Shown here one piece after another: positions 26,221-34,776 of a stretch of 35,267 bases of DNA; position 1 is the first letter of the stretch, and each line of letters starts with the position of its first letter. The notes below the pieces were generated by a model. The model saw nothing but the letters and a program-made list of their open reading frames with translations. It ran no database searches and was not told the DNA's origin. Made by a program: the position numbers and the translations under genes. Source of the stretch: Victivallaceae bacterium (GTDB lineage: Bacteria; Verrucomicrobiota; Lentisphaeria; Victivallales; Victivallaceae); assembly GCA_028698975.1 (NCBI GenBank), contig JAQVVK010000001.1:1-35267 (forward strand), in the 5' to 3' direction.

Positions 26221-27295
26221 GGTCGATCACGCCTCCTCCCAACAACTGGTTGCCGCGGTAAAACACCGCCGCCTGACCCGGAGTAACCGCCGACAGCCCT
26301 TGATGGAGCGTCACTCGGAGTTTGCCGCCTTGGGCCGGCTCGATGGAGCACGCCACCGGGCGCGAGCGGTAGCGCGCCTGCACGGTCAGATTGTCGTTTT
26401 CGGGCGCGTGCCCCGACTGCCAGCAAATATTGGCCACGATAAATGAAGTGCTTTCAAGCAGTGCGCGATCGGTCACCAGCTCGATCGCACCGGTTTCGGC
26501 GTCGATAGATTTGATGTAGGCCGGTTCGCCCAGCGCGACGCGCAATCCCTTGCGCTGCCCGACCGTGTAGCGGTGAATGCCCTCATGACGGCCGACAATG
26601 CGCCCCTGATAGACGAAGAATCCGGGCTTGGCGGCAAATCCGCAAAGGCGGTGGAGCGTTTCGCCGAAACACTCGCCGGGCACCTGAAAACAGGCGTCCT
26701 GACTGTCGGGTTTGTCTGAAGTGACAAAACCGTGCCGGGCGGCGATACGGCGAACTTCGCTTTTTTCGAGCGTGCCGACCGGAAATTCCAGCCGTCCGAG
26801 ATCGCTTTGGGTCAGGCGGTAGAGAAAATAACTCTGATCCTTGACCGGGTCGTCGCCCCGGAGCAATGCAATACCGCCGTCGTCGCCGGTGGTAAGTCTG
26901 GCGTAATGGCCGGTGGCGACTTTGGCCGCTCCGATGGAGTCGGCGTATTCGATCAGGGCGGCGAATTTCACCAGCAGATTGCAGTCACAACAGGGGTTCG
27001 GCGTGCGCCCTGCCGCGTATTCGGCGGCGGCATGGCACAGCACACGGCTTTCAAAACGGGGGAAACACTCAAGGTACTTGTGGCCGATGCCGAGCTTGGC
27101 GCAGACGTCGGCCACCGCCGCTTCGTCGCTGCGCGAGGCGCAAAGCTGCGAAGCCGAAAATTCCGGGTCGGGGTGGCGCAGCCGCAGCGTGGCGGCCTCG
27201 ACCTGCCGGTGGGCTTCCATAAGAAAAGCGGCTGCGACCGAGGAATCCACTCCTCCGGAAAGCGCGACCACCACTTTATTCGGATCGCGGTTCAT
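26210..27295 (-). CDS. mnmA: tRNA-specific 2-thiouridylase MnmA
   Basis: ALSGGVDSSVAA PP-loop, TPNPCCDCN, TGHYA, KDQSYFL, DSQDACF, YTVGQRKGL, VTPGQAAVFY. Confidence 0.96.
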   Translation of the reverse strand: MNRDPNKVVVALSGGVDSSVAAAFLMEAHRQVEAATLRLRHPDPEFSASQLCASRSDEAAVADVCAKLGIGHKYLECFPRFESRVLCHAAAEYAAGRTPNPCCDCNLLVKFAALIEYADSIGAAKVATGHYARLTTGDDGGIALLRGDDPVKDQSYFLYRLTQSDLGRLEFPVGTLEKSEVRRIAARHGFVTSDKPDSQDACFQVPGECFGETLHRLCGFAAKPGFFVYQGRIVGRHEGIHRYTVGQRKGLRVALGEPAYIKSIDAETGAIELVTDRALLESTSFIVANICWQSGHAPENDNLTVQARYRSRPVACSIEPAQGGKLRVTLHQGLSAVTPGQAAVFYRGNQLLGGGVIDHAD

Positions 27296-27301
27296 GGCTT
27301 G

Positions 27302-28729
27302 TCACCTTCCGGGCGGCAGGAGTTTTTCATCGACGCGGGCGATCTCGCCGCGCCAATGGGCGAGCCGCGCGATGCGGCTGTGGATGCACTCAAAGTTTTG
27401 CAGCTCGCATTCGCCGTCGGGCCGTACGCCGCCGCAGGGGCCGTTGGCCAGTCTTTTGGGGCAGTTTTCGGTGCAGACAAACCAGGTGTCGGCCAGGCGG
27501 CAGCGTTGACAGCCGCGGCAATGGGAAAGCAGTTTTTTGCCGAGCGTGGAGCCGCCCGGTCTGCGGCTGCTCCGCTCAAAGAGGGCGCGGCGCAGATTGA
27601 ACTTGAGTTTTTCCAGCGGGGTGACGCACAACGACCCGACCTCGTTGGCGGTCGGCGGAGCCTCGGTCGGGTAGGGCCGGTGCAGAGTGCGGTCATAAAG
27701 GTAGAAACTGCTGGAAAACGGAGCCATTTCGGTGCGGGCAAGGTACGAATTGTATTCCTCAAGCCAATGGCCGAAGCTGGTGAATTCGCGCAGGGCCGCG
27801 CCGATCCGCTCCGCCACCACCTTGACCCGGTGGGGTTGGTCGACCCCGGCCAGTTGAATGCCGCTGAATCCGAGCAGTCGGCACCCGGCGGCCTGAAGTT
27901 CGAGCCGCCGCAGTTGAGCCGATTCAAACTGGTTGACCGAGTAGCGCAGCTCCTTGTCGAGGATCTTGCGGAAGTCCGGCGAGATGTTCACTCCGGGCAT
28001 GCCGCCGTTGAGAATCTGCTCGACCCGCTCCGGCGTGAGCAGTATCAGCCGGGCGATCATCGGGTTGTAAACTCCGCGCCCCATCTGATACCAGAAAAGC
28101 GATTGAAGTTTGAGCATGTCCCACCCGGCCTGCGTCACCGCAAACGAGGCGCCGGCCAGATATTTGCGGGCGAGTTTGCCATATTGACCGAGCAGGGTGA
28201 ACGGCGTGTACTGAAAGGGATTGACCACTCCGCCGGTAAAGAAGTTGTTTGCGGGCCGTTCGCCGATCATTTCCAAAATGTTGACGCTCTCGGTGAAGCT
28301 GCGCCGTCTGGTTTCGCGCACGCCGTCGCCGGGAAGCGCGCTGCCGGTGGTAGCGACCACGTTGAGATTGCCGTTGTTGGCCGCGATGGAGATCAGGTTG
28401 CGCACCTCCTCCGGCGCGGTGTCGCGCCCCGAAATATAGACCAGATGGCGGTCGCGGTTTTCGGGAGACAGCGCGGCGGCGTATTCGACGGCGCGCCATG
28501 CGTCGATGGTGAAGCCGCGGTCGGTGATGGCCAGCGCGGTGTTGACCGAGCTTATATCGAGCACGCATTTTTCGAGAGCGGCGAGTCTTTCGGCGCAGGC
28601 TTCGGGCGGATTGGCCTTGCCGGGCGACGAGTGTTCGACGAGCATGACGAATTCGCCGCGCTCGACTGCTTCGCGGAACCGGTTGCGCTTAGGCGGGGTG
28701 AGATTTATTTCAAGTTGAATATCGTCCAT
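27302..28729 (-). CDS. Methylenetetrahydrofolate reductase-like protein with C-terminal Cys-rich MTHFR_C (MetV-like) domain
   Basis: MetF-barrel-like elements (VE-x3-P, ITD, SGRD, KYLAGASFAVTQAGWD) plus CRGCQRC...CTENCPK-x-LANGPCGG...GECE...C. ATG 28729 preferred over TTG 28759. Confidence 0.75.
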   Translation of the reverse strand: MDDIQLEINLTPPKRNRFREAVERGEFVMLVEHSSPGKANPPEACAERLAALEKCVLDISSVNTALAITDRGFTIDAWRAVEYAAALSPENRDRHLVYISGRDTAPEEVRNLISIAANNGNLNVVATTGSALPGDGVRETRRRSFTESVNILEMIGERPANNFFTGGVVNPFQYTPFTLLGQYGKLARKYLAGASFAVTQAGWDMLKLQSLFWYQMGRGVYNPMIARLILLTPERVEQILNGGMPGVNISPDFRKILDKELRYSVNQFESAQLRRLELQAAGCRLLGFSGIQLAGVDQPHRVKVVAERIGAALREFTSFGHWLEEYNSYLARTEMAPFSSSFYLYDRTLHRPYPTEAPPTANEVGSLCVTPLEKLKFNLRRALFERSSRRPGGSTLGKKLLSHCRGCQRCRLADTWFVCTENCPKRLANGPCGGVRPDGECELQNFECIHSRIARLAHWRGEIARVDEKLLPPGR

Positions 28730-28733
28730 GGCA

Positions 28734-29771
28734 TCACTCTTTCGCCGACTCGGTTTCAAGGATCTTTACCGTATTTTTGCGCCCCGGGTCGAACAGGAAA
28801 AATCCCCCGCCGGAAAGCGCGCAAAACAGCAGCAGCATAGTGTAGATCGCCATCGCCGCGGTGGCGACCGGTTCCGGGATGCCGGAGGCGACCAGCAGTA
28901 CGATCACCGCCACGTCGCGCCCGCCGAAGCCGCCCGGCAGGATCGGCAGCAGGCCGACGATATTGCCGATGGTGACCGAGGTGATCAGAGCAAGTATCGA
29001 AACCTCGACGTGCAAGCCGGTCATGATGAAGAAAAATGACACCACGGTCATGAGATGCACGAGAGGGACGCTGAGCAGCGTCATTTCGGTCACCAGTTTC
29101 CAGTTGTCGGCATAGAGGTCGGCGGCTCCGCAAAGGCGGGTGACCATGCCGTGAGTCCAGCGGTCGCCCAGCCGCATAAGCATGCCAAACGGAGGTATCT
29201 TCTCGAGAATGCGGTGCATGAATATGACGCAACTTGCCGCCAGCCCGGTCAGACAGACAACGGCCAGCACCGCGATGAAAATGTGCCTTGCGAAATCGGT
29301 TTCGATAAGTCCGGGGTGTGTCACGTTCATAAGGTGCGGTATGGAGCAGGCCAGCAAAATCAGAGCCAGGGCAAAAAGAGCGATCATGCCGACGATGCGG
29401 TCCATCAAAATGGTGAAAGCTCCGTCCATTTTTTTGCCCTGCGGCGAACGGCTGGAAAGCATTCCCATTTTGACGACGTCGCCGCCGATCGCGCCGCCCG
29501 GCATGACCAGCGAAAAGAAATACCCCTGCATGCTGAGCGAAAACGCTTCCAGCGGAGTCAATTTGATGTTGAGCACTCCGGTAAGTTTGTTCCACCGCCA
29601 CGCCACCACGCACATGTGAAAATAGTAGGTGATGAAAGCCGGGATCAGCCACCAGAGGTTGAAATCTTTAAGTGACTTGATGATGTCGGCCGGATTTCGA
29701 AACAACCACCAGATGATGCCGGCTGCGATGGCGATTTTCAATATGAAAAAACCGATTTTCTTTAATTTCAT
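28734..29771 (-). CDS. UPF0104 / lysylphosphatidylglycerol-synthase-TM-like (flippase-like) membrane protein
   Basis: Multi-TM; AWRW, PGGAIGGDVVK, DRIVG, LPILPGGFGGRD motifs. Confidence 0.85.
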   Translation of the reverse strand: MKLKKIGFFILKIAIAAGIIWWLFRNPADIIKSLKDFNLWWLIPAFITYYFHMCVVAWRWNKLTGVLNIKLTPLEAFSLSMQGYFFSLVMPGGAIGGDVVKMGMLSSRSPQGKKMDGAFTILMDRIVGMIALFALALILLACSIPHLMNVTHPGLIETDFARHIFIAVLAVVCLTGLAASCVIFMHRILEKIPPFGMLMRLGDRWTHGMVTRLCGAADLYADNWKLVTEMTLLSVPLVHLMTVVSFFFIMTGLHVEVSILALITSVTIGNIVGLLPILPGGFGGRDVAVIVLLVASGIPEPVATAAMAIYTMLLLFCALSGGGFFLFDPGRKNTVKILETESAKE

Positions 29772-29807
29772 CAGGCGTCCTTTCCGAAGAAATTTGTGTC
29801 ATCATAT

Positions 29808-29836
29808 AAAATAGCATAAAAATACCGTCCCGGCAA
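29808..29836 (-). promoter_or_regulatory. Putative sigma70 promoter for the UPF0104-metF-mnmA-rlmH operon
   Basis: Minus strand TTGCCG (29836-29831), 17 bp, TATTTT (29813-29808), with TG extended -10. Confidence 0.45.
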
Positions 29837-29887
29837 ATGATGACGGCGTATAATCGGCTTATATTTCCACATGGCGGCGGGGGCGGC

Positions 29888-29916
29888 TTGAAAGCATCGG
29901 CAAACGGGTGTATATT
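29888..29916 (+). promoter_or_regulatory. Putative sigma70 promoter for the aldolase gene
   Basis: TTGAAA (29888-29893), 17 bp, TATATT (29911-29916). Implies the ORF-track start at 29908 is too early. Confidence 0.6.
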
Positions 29917-29964
29917 ATAAGATTACACAATCATCCGGGCGAACGGCCCGGCAAACGGGGGATA

Positions 29965-31269
29965 ATGGAGATCATGGAAAAAATCAACTACACTCACCCG
30001 CGCGATCAGATCGTTGAGATCATGAAGCGCATTTATGGATATGGCATGACCACTACTTCCGGCGGCAATCTGTCGATCATGGATTCCGACGGCAACATGT
30101 GGATCAGCCCCGGAGGCATCGACAAGGGCACGCTTCAGCGCGACGACATCGTGTGTGTGCATGCCGACGGCACCATCACCGGGCGGCACAAGCCCTCCAG
30201 CGAATTTCCGTTCCACCGGGCGATATACAAGATGCGCCCCGACGTCAAGGCGATTTTGCACGCCCATCCGCCGGCGCTGGTTTCGTTCAGCGTGGCCGGC
30301 AAGATACCGGACACGCACATCCACCCCACCGCAAAGTTGATTTGCGGCACGGTGGGTTACGCCCCCTACGAGGTGCCGGGCAGCGAAGCTCTCGGCCGCA
30401 ACGTGGCGGAGGCGTTCAAGGCGGGGCACAGCACGATCCTGCTGGAAAATCACGGGGCCTGCTGCGCCGGGGCGACGCTGCTTCAGGCGTTTCAGCGTTT
30501 TGAGACGCTCGATTTCTGCGCCCGTCTGATCAACCGGGCGAACCGTATCGGCAAGATCAATTATCTGTCCGACACCCAGATCGAGTTTTCGCTCATCAAC
30601 CGCAATTTGGATTTCCACCCGTACGAGCCGGAAGCCCATACCAGCGAGGAGCTTGAGATGCGCTACCAGATGGTGCAGCTCATCCGCCGCGCCTACCGGC
30701 AGATGCTGTTTACCAGCACCGAGGGTACGTTTGCGGTGCGTCTGCCCAATGACAGCTTTCTCATCACGCCGTTTGGCACCGACCGCGGCAATATCGACAT
30801 AGACGATCTGGTGCTTATCAGCGGCAAGCGTTACGAGGAAGACAAGCTGCCGAGCCGGGCCGCCTGGTTCTTCCGCCGCATATTCGACGCGCAGCCCGAG
30901 ATCAATTCGCTCATCATCGCGAACCCGCCCAACCTGACGGCTTACGGGGCGGCCAACACGATGTTCGATCCGCGGGTGATACCGGAAAGCTATATTCTGT
31001 TGCGTGAGATGCCGATGTTTGAGTTCGGCGAGAATTTCCGCGACATCGACAAGGTGACTTCGACGATTTCGCCGCGTTATCCGATCATTCTTATACAGAA
31101 CGATTGCATGGTCTCCAGCGGCAAGACGCTGCTTGAGGCTTATGACCGGATGGAAGTCGCGGAGTTCAGCGCCAAGGCCACCATCGCGGCCGCCGGTCTC
31201 GGCGGCATGAAGCCGATCAACGACGCTCAGATCGCGGATCTGGTCAAAGCGTTTAAGTTGATTCCGTAA
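29965..31269 (+). CDS. Class II aldolase/adducin family protein with two tandem domains (fuculose/rhamnulose-phosphate aldolase-like)
   Basis: Domain 1: SGGNLS, PSSE, HRAIY, HAHPP, LENHG. Domain 2: homologous but degenerate. Start is ATG 29965 or 29974. Confidence 0.88.
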   Translation: MEIMEKINYTHPRDQIVEIMKRIYGYGMTTTSGGNLSIMDSDGNMWISPGGIDKGTLQRDDIVCVHADGTITGRHKPSSEFPFHRAIYKMRPDVKAILHAHPPALVSFSVAGKIPDTHIHPTAKLICGTVGYAPYEVPGSEALGRNVAEAFKAGHSTILLENHGACCAGATLLQAFQRFETLDFCARLINRANRIGKINYLSDTQIEFSLINRNLDFHPYEPEAHTSEELEMRYQMVQLIRRAYRQMLFTSTEGTFAVRLPNDSFLITPFGTDRGNIDIDDLVLISGKRYEEDKLPSRAAWFFRRIFDAQPEINSLIIANPPNLTAYGAANTMFDPRVIPESYILLREMPMFEFGENFRDIDKVTSTISPRYPIILIQNDCMVSSGKTLLEAYDRMEVAEFSAKATIAAAGLGGMKPINDAQIADLVKAFKLIP

Positions 31270-31272
31270 TAA

Positions 31273-31437
31273 GGCGATACAGCCAAAATTTGCGTCGATG
31301 GATTTTCGTCCAGCCGTGAAGCTGATTTTTTGAAGTTCCCGAAGCGGCTTTACCCTCAGCGGTAAAGCCCGAGGGGCAGCAGGAAAGCAGCAAAACGGGG
31401 GGCGAAAAGACGCGGCGGGAGTTTTGGCAGTGCCGCC
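31273..31437. mobile_element. 165-bp non-autonomous MITE-like fold-back element
   Basis: Imperfect terminal inverted repeats GGCGATACAGCCAAAAT (31273-31289) / GTTTTGGCAGTGCCGCC (31421-31437), 13/17 matched; TAATAA on both flanks (31267-31272, 31438-31443); central perfect 9-bp hairpin GGCTTTACC-ctcagc-GGTAAAGCC. Confidence 0.65.
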
Positions 31438-31462
31438 TAATAATACCAGAATCGGGGTAAAA

Positions 31463-33049
31463 GTGTTCAATTCACTGAAGAAGAAGATCAAAAAACTGTT
31501 GGGTGTAAGTGGCGGCGAAGTTACCGTCACCATCACGCCGAAATCATCCCGGCCGGCGGCCCGCAAGAGCCGCGACAAAGACCGCGACAAAGACCGCGAC
31601 AAGTCGCGCGAGCGCAAAAAGGGCGCGGCGGTGTCGATCGTTGTCGCCGACGAAGCCAAGCGCGAACGCAAACGGCGCAAACGCAAATCCGAACCGGCGG
31701 CCGCCGAGGTGATTCCTCAGGTGATCCGGCCGGAAAAACCGGCGGAGTTGCGCGACGTGCCCCGGGTCGAGGGGAAAACCCGTTTTCTTGATCTTCCGCT
31801 TCACGAAGATGTGCAGTTTGGCGTGCAAAATGCCGAGTTTGAATACTGCACCCCGATACAGGCGATGACGCTTCCGCCGCTGCTGGAAGGGCGCGATCTC
31901 GCCGGCAAGGCGCAGACCGGCACCGGCAAGACGGCGGCGTTTCTGCTGGCTCTCTTTACCCGTCTGCTCAATAATCCGCAGGAAAACCGCAAGATCGGTC
32001 AGCCGCGCGCTCTGGTGCTGGCTCCGACCCGCGAGCTGGCCATGCAGATACACAAGGACGCGGTGTCGCTGGGGTTGTTCACTCCGTTGCGCAACGTCGC
32101 GGTGTTCGGCGGTATGGATCACGAGAAACAGCGTCGCACGCTGGAAGATGTGGTCGATATTGTGGTCGGCACGCCGGGCCGGGTGATCGATTACAGCACG
32201 ACCGGCAGCCTTGATCTCAGCCGGGTTGAAGTGTTGGTGATCGACGAAGCCGACCGTATGCTCGACATGGGGTTCATCCCCGACGTCAAGCGCATCGTGG
32301 CGCGGCTGCCGCGCAAAGGCGAACGGCAGACGCTGCTGTTTTCGGCCACGCTTGACGAGCATATTCTGCGGCTTTCCTCGGGTTGGCTCACCGATCCGAT
32401 AATTCTGGAAAGCGAGCCGGAGAAGCTGGTGAGTGAAAACATCGAGCAGACCTTTTACTCGGTGCTGCGCGAGGACAAACTCGCCCTGTTGCTCTACATG
32501 CTTCACAATGAGCCATACGACCGGGTGTTGATTTTCGGCAACCGCAAGGATATAAACCTGAAGTTGCAGTATGATCTGGCGCGTTACGGTTTTGAGGTGC
32601 CGGTGCTATCCGGCGATATTCCGCAGGAGAAGCGCATCAAGGTGCTGGAGCGTTTCCGCTCTGGCGAGGAAAAGATCGTGATCGCCACCGACGTGGCGGC
32701 GCGCGGCATTCACGTCGACGACGTTTCGCTGGTGGTCAATTTCGACCTTCCGGAGCGGCCCGAGGATTATGTGCACCGCATCGGCCGTACCGGCCGGGCC
32801 GGGCACACCGGCAAGTCGGTGAGCTTCCTTTGCGAATATGGCGCCTACTATCTGCCCGACATCGAAAAATTGCTCGGCGTACAGTTTCCGAGCGTTCAGC
32901 CGACCGAGGAAATGCTTAAACTGCCGCCGCCGGTCGAGGGTGCGCATTTGCCGCCCCGTCCCGGACGCAACAGTCATGGCGGCGGTCATCGCGGCGGCGG
33001 CCACTCCGGTGGCGGCATGTCGCGGGGCGGTTCGCGCCGCCGGTTCTGA
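31463..33049 (+). CDS. rhlB: DEAD-box RNA helicase, RhlB-like
   Basis: Q motif F-x2-CTPIQ, AQTGTGKT, PTRELA, TPGR, DEADRMLDMGF, SAT, ARGIH, YVHRIGRTGRAG. GTG 31463 after GGGG preferred (TTG 31424 lies inside the MITE end). Confidence 0.85.
   Translation: MFNSLKKKIKKLLGVSGGEVTVTITPKSSRPAARKSRDKDRDKDRDKSRERKKGAAVSIVVADEAKRERKRRKRKSEPAAAEVIPQVIRPEKPAELRDVPRVEGKTRFLDLPLHEDVQFGVQNAEFEYCTPIQAMTLPPLLEGRDLAGKAQTGTGKTAAFLLALFTRLLNNPQENRKIGQPRALVLAPTRELAMQIHKDAVSLGLFTPLRNVAVFGGMDHEKQRRTLEDVVDIVVGTPGRVIDYSTTGSLDLSRVEVLVIDEADRMLDMGFIPDVKRIVARLPRKGERQTLLFSATLDEHILRLSSGWLTDPIILESEPEKLVSENIEQTFYSVLREDKLALLLYMLHNEPYDRVLIFGNRKDINLKLQYDLARYGFEVPVLSGDIPQEKRIKVLERFRSGEEKIVIATDVAARGIHVDDVSLVVNFDLPERPEDYVHRIGRTGRAGHTGKSVSFLCEYGAYYLPDIEKLLGVQFPSVQPTEEMLKLPPPVEGAHLPPRPGRNSHGGGHRGGGHSGGGMSRGGSRRRF
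31570..31602 (+). repeat. Coding 12-bp tandem repeat (RDKD) in the helicase N-terminal extension
   Basis: ccgcgacaaaga x2 plus partial ccgcgacaa. Confidence 0.8.
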
Positions 33050-33097
33050 ATCGGTTTTTACATAACCGGCTAAATTAAAGACGGCAGGGGGGGGAGT

Positions 33098-34042
33098 ATG
33101 CCCAGACACTATGTTTTCGGCCCGGTCGCCTCGCGGCGGCTGGGAGTTTCGCTCGGAGTGGATCTGGTGACTCCCAAGACCTGTTCGCTCGACTGTGTTT
33201 ATTGCGAAGCGCGGGCGACCACCGATCTAACGCTGGAGCGGCGCGAATACGTCCCCGCCGCCGCGGTTATACGCGAACTTGACGAAACGCTTGCTTCGCA
33301 TCCCGCGCTTGATTACATCACGTTTTCGGGTTCGGGCGAGCCGACGCTGAATTCAGAGATCGGGCGCATTGCCGCCCACATCAAACAGCATTACCCGCAA
33401 TACCCGATCTGCCTGCTTACCAACGGCTGTTTTTTGGGCGACGCCATGCTGCGGCGCGAGATTGCGCCGATCGATCTGGTTATACCGTCGCTCGACGCCT
33501 CGTGCGCCGCGGAGTTTGCAAAGGTCAACCGCCCGGCCGCCGGGTTTGATTTCGACCGTTTTGTGGCGGAACTTGCCGCTTACACCCATCATACGGCGGC
33601 GCGGGTGTGGCTGGAGCTTTTTATCGTACCGGGGGTGAACGACTCGGATGAATCGATCGCACGTTTTGTCGAGATCATTCGACCGATGAAACTTGAGATA
33701 GTACAGCTCAATTCGCTGGATCGTCCCGGCGCGGTCGATTGGGTCAAGCCCTCGCCGCCGGAGAACACGCGTCGCTTTATCGCCGCGCTTGAGCCGGTGG
33801 TCGCGGTGGAGGCGGTGGGGCCGTTTCGCCGCCGCCGCCGGATGGAGGGGGTGGTTTGTTCGGACGCGGAGCAGCGGATACTTGATTTGGTAAGCCGTCG
33901 CCCCGCCACGGTCGACGATCTGGTGGTGGCGTTGGGGTTGCCGCACGAACGGGTGGAGATATTGTTGGATTCGCTTTTCAAGTTCGGTCTGGTTGAGATC
34001 GAGAAGCGTGAACGCGGTGCGTTTTACGCTCCGGCAAAATAA
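33098..34042 (+). CDS. Radical SAM protein (COG0731-like) with C-terminal winged-helix-like extension
   Basis: FGPVASRRLGVSLGVD, CSLDCVYC (CX3CX2C), FSGSGEPTL, LTNG, PSLDA, PGVND; C-terminal ILDLVSRRPAT-x2-DL...L-x2-L-x3-GLV. Confidence 0.88.
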   Translation: MPRHYVFGPVASRRLGVSLGVDLVTPKTCSLDCVYCEARATTDLTLERREYVPAAAVIRELDETLASHPALDYITFSGSGEPTLNSEIGRIAAHIKQHYPQYPICLLTNGCFLGDAMLRREIAPIDLVIPSLDASCAAEFAKVNRPAAGFDFDRFVAELAAYTHHTAARVWLELFIVPGVNDSDESIARFVEIIRPMKLEIVQLNSLDRPGAVDWVKPSPPENTRRFIAALEPVVAVEAVGPFRRRRRMEGVVCSDAEQRILDLVSRRPATVDDLVVALGLPHERVEILLDSLFKFGLVEIEKRERGAFYAPAK

Positions 34043-34055
34043 TCGCCGGGTGTAC

Positions 34056-34084
34056 TGGACAATCCGCCCTGCCGGTGCTATCTT
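34056..34084 (+). promoter_or_regulatory. Putative sigma70 promoter for the GspG-like gene
   Basis: TGGACA (34056-34061), 17 bp, TATCTT (34079-34084), with TG extended -10; GGGAG RBS downstream. Confidence 0.55.
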
Positions 34085-34108
34085 AATATATAAATAGGGA
34101 GACACATC

Positions 34109-34663
34109 ATGAAAAAGAAATCCTTTACCTTGATAGAAGTGCTCGCCTCGATCGCCATTATTTCAATTTTGGCCGCCATCGGAGTTGCCGCATACAGTTT
34201 TGCCATGAATTCGGCGCGGGAGAGCGCGACGCGGGCCTTGCTGGTTCAGATCGAAAACGCGCTCAAGTCGGCGCAGACCACGACCGGAGTGATCCCCTCG
34301 ACCTATTCCTCCGGCGTCCAATATAAGAAGATCGTCGCAACGCTTAACACCGACGGCACGGTTAAGGAGATAAAACTGGATACCGACGTTTGGCCGACCG
34401 ATGTTCAAGCTGCGTTTCTTAAGTTGATCGATCAGGAGGCGTTGAAGTCGCACCTCAACAGCGACGGTGAATTGACTGACGCGTGGGGCGGGGTGATCTA
34501 TTACGCCTATCCCGGCGCAGCCAACAAGACCGGGATCGATCTTGTTGCGCCGGGGCCGGACGGCAAGTATGGCAAAGCCGCCGATGGAAATGTCAAGGCC
34601 GACGGCAAGGGCGACTATTACGACGGTTTGGAAAAGGCGTGCGACGACGTCCTTAATTTCTGA
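34109..34663 (+). CDS. Prepilin-type N-methylation protein, GspG/PulG-like pseudopilin
   Basis: MKKKS|FTLIEVLASIAIISILAAI (Glu at +5); C-terminal DAWG-x3-YYAYPG...IDLVAPGPDGKYG...DDV, like major pseudopilins. Confidence 0.8.
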   Translation: MKKKSFTLIEVLASIAIISILAAIGVAAYSFAMNSARESATRALLVQIENALKSAQTTTGVIPSTYSSGVQYKKIVATLNTDGTVKEIKLDTDVWPTDVQAAFLKLIDQEALKSHLNSDGELTDAWGGVIYYAYPGAANKTGIDLVAPGPDGKYGKAADGNVKADGKGDYYDGLEKACDDVLNF

Positions 34664-34776
34664 CGCCGCCCCCCTGTGGTGCTTGGGGTTGTGCGTGAAA
34701 ATCGTGTAGCTTTTTAACAAAAAGACAAGATTTATGCTGTTTTGAGCAAAAAAAAGAAAATTTTTTAAAACAACGG

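Noticed and set aside
26732-28840. 702-aa ORF on the + strand
   Set aside because: Antisense shadow of mnmA and the metF-like gene; no recognisable motifs; long antisense ORFs are expected from GC-rich codon bias.
29923-31686. 587-aa ORF on the - strand crossing the aldolase, MITE and rhlB start
   Set aside because: Antisense to well-supported genes; no transposase or other motif.
34664-34700. Possible terminator after the GspG-like gene
   Set aside because: Only a weak imperfect GC stem without an adjacent U-tract; not enough to call.
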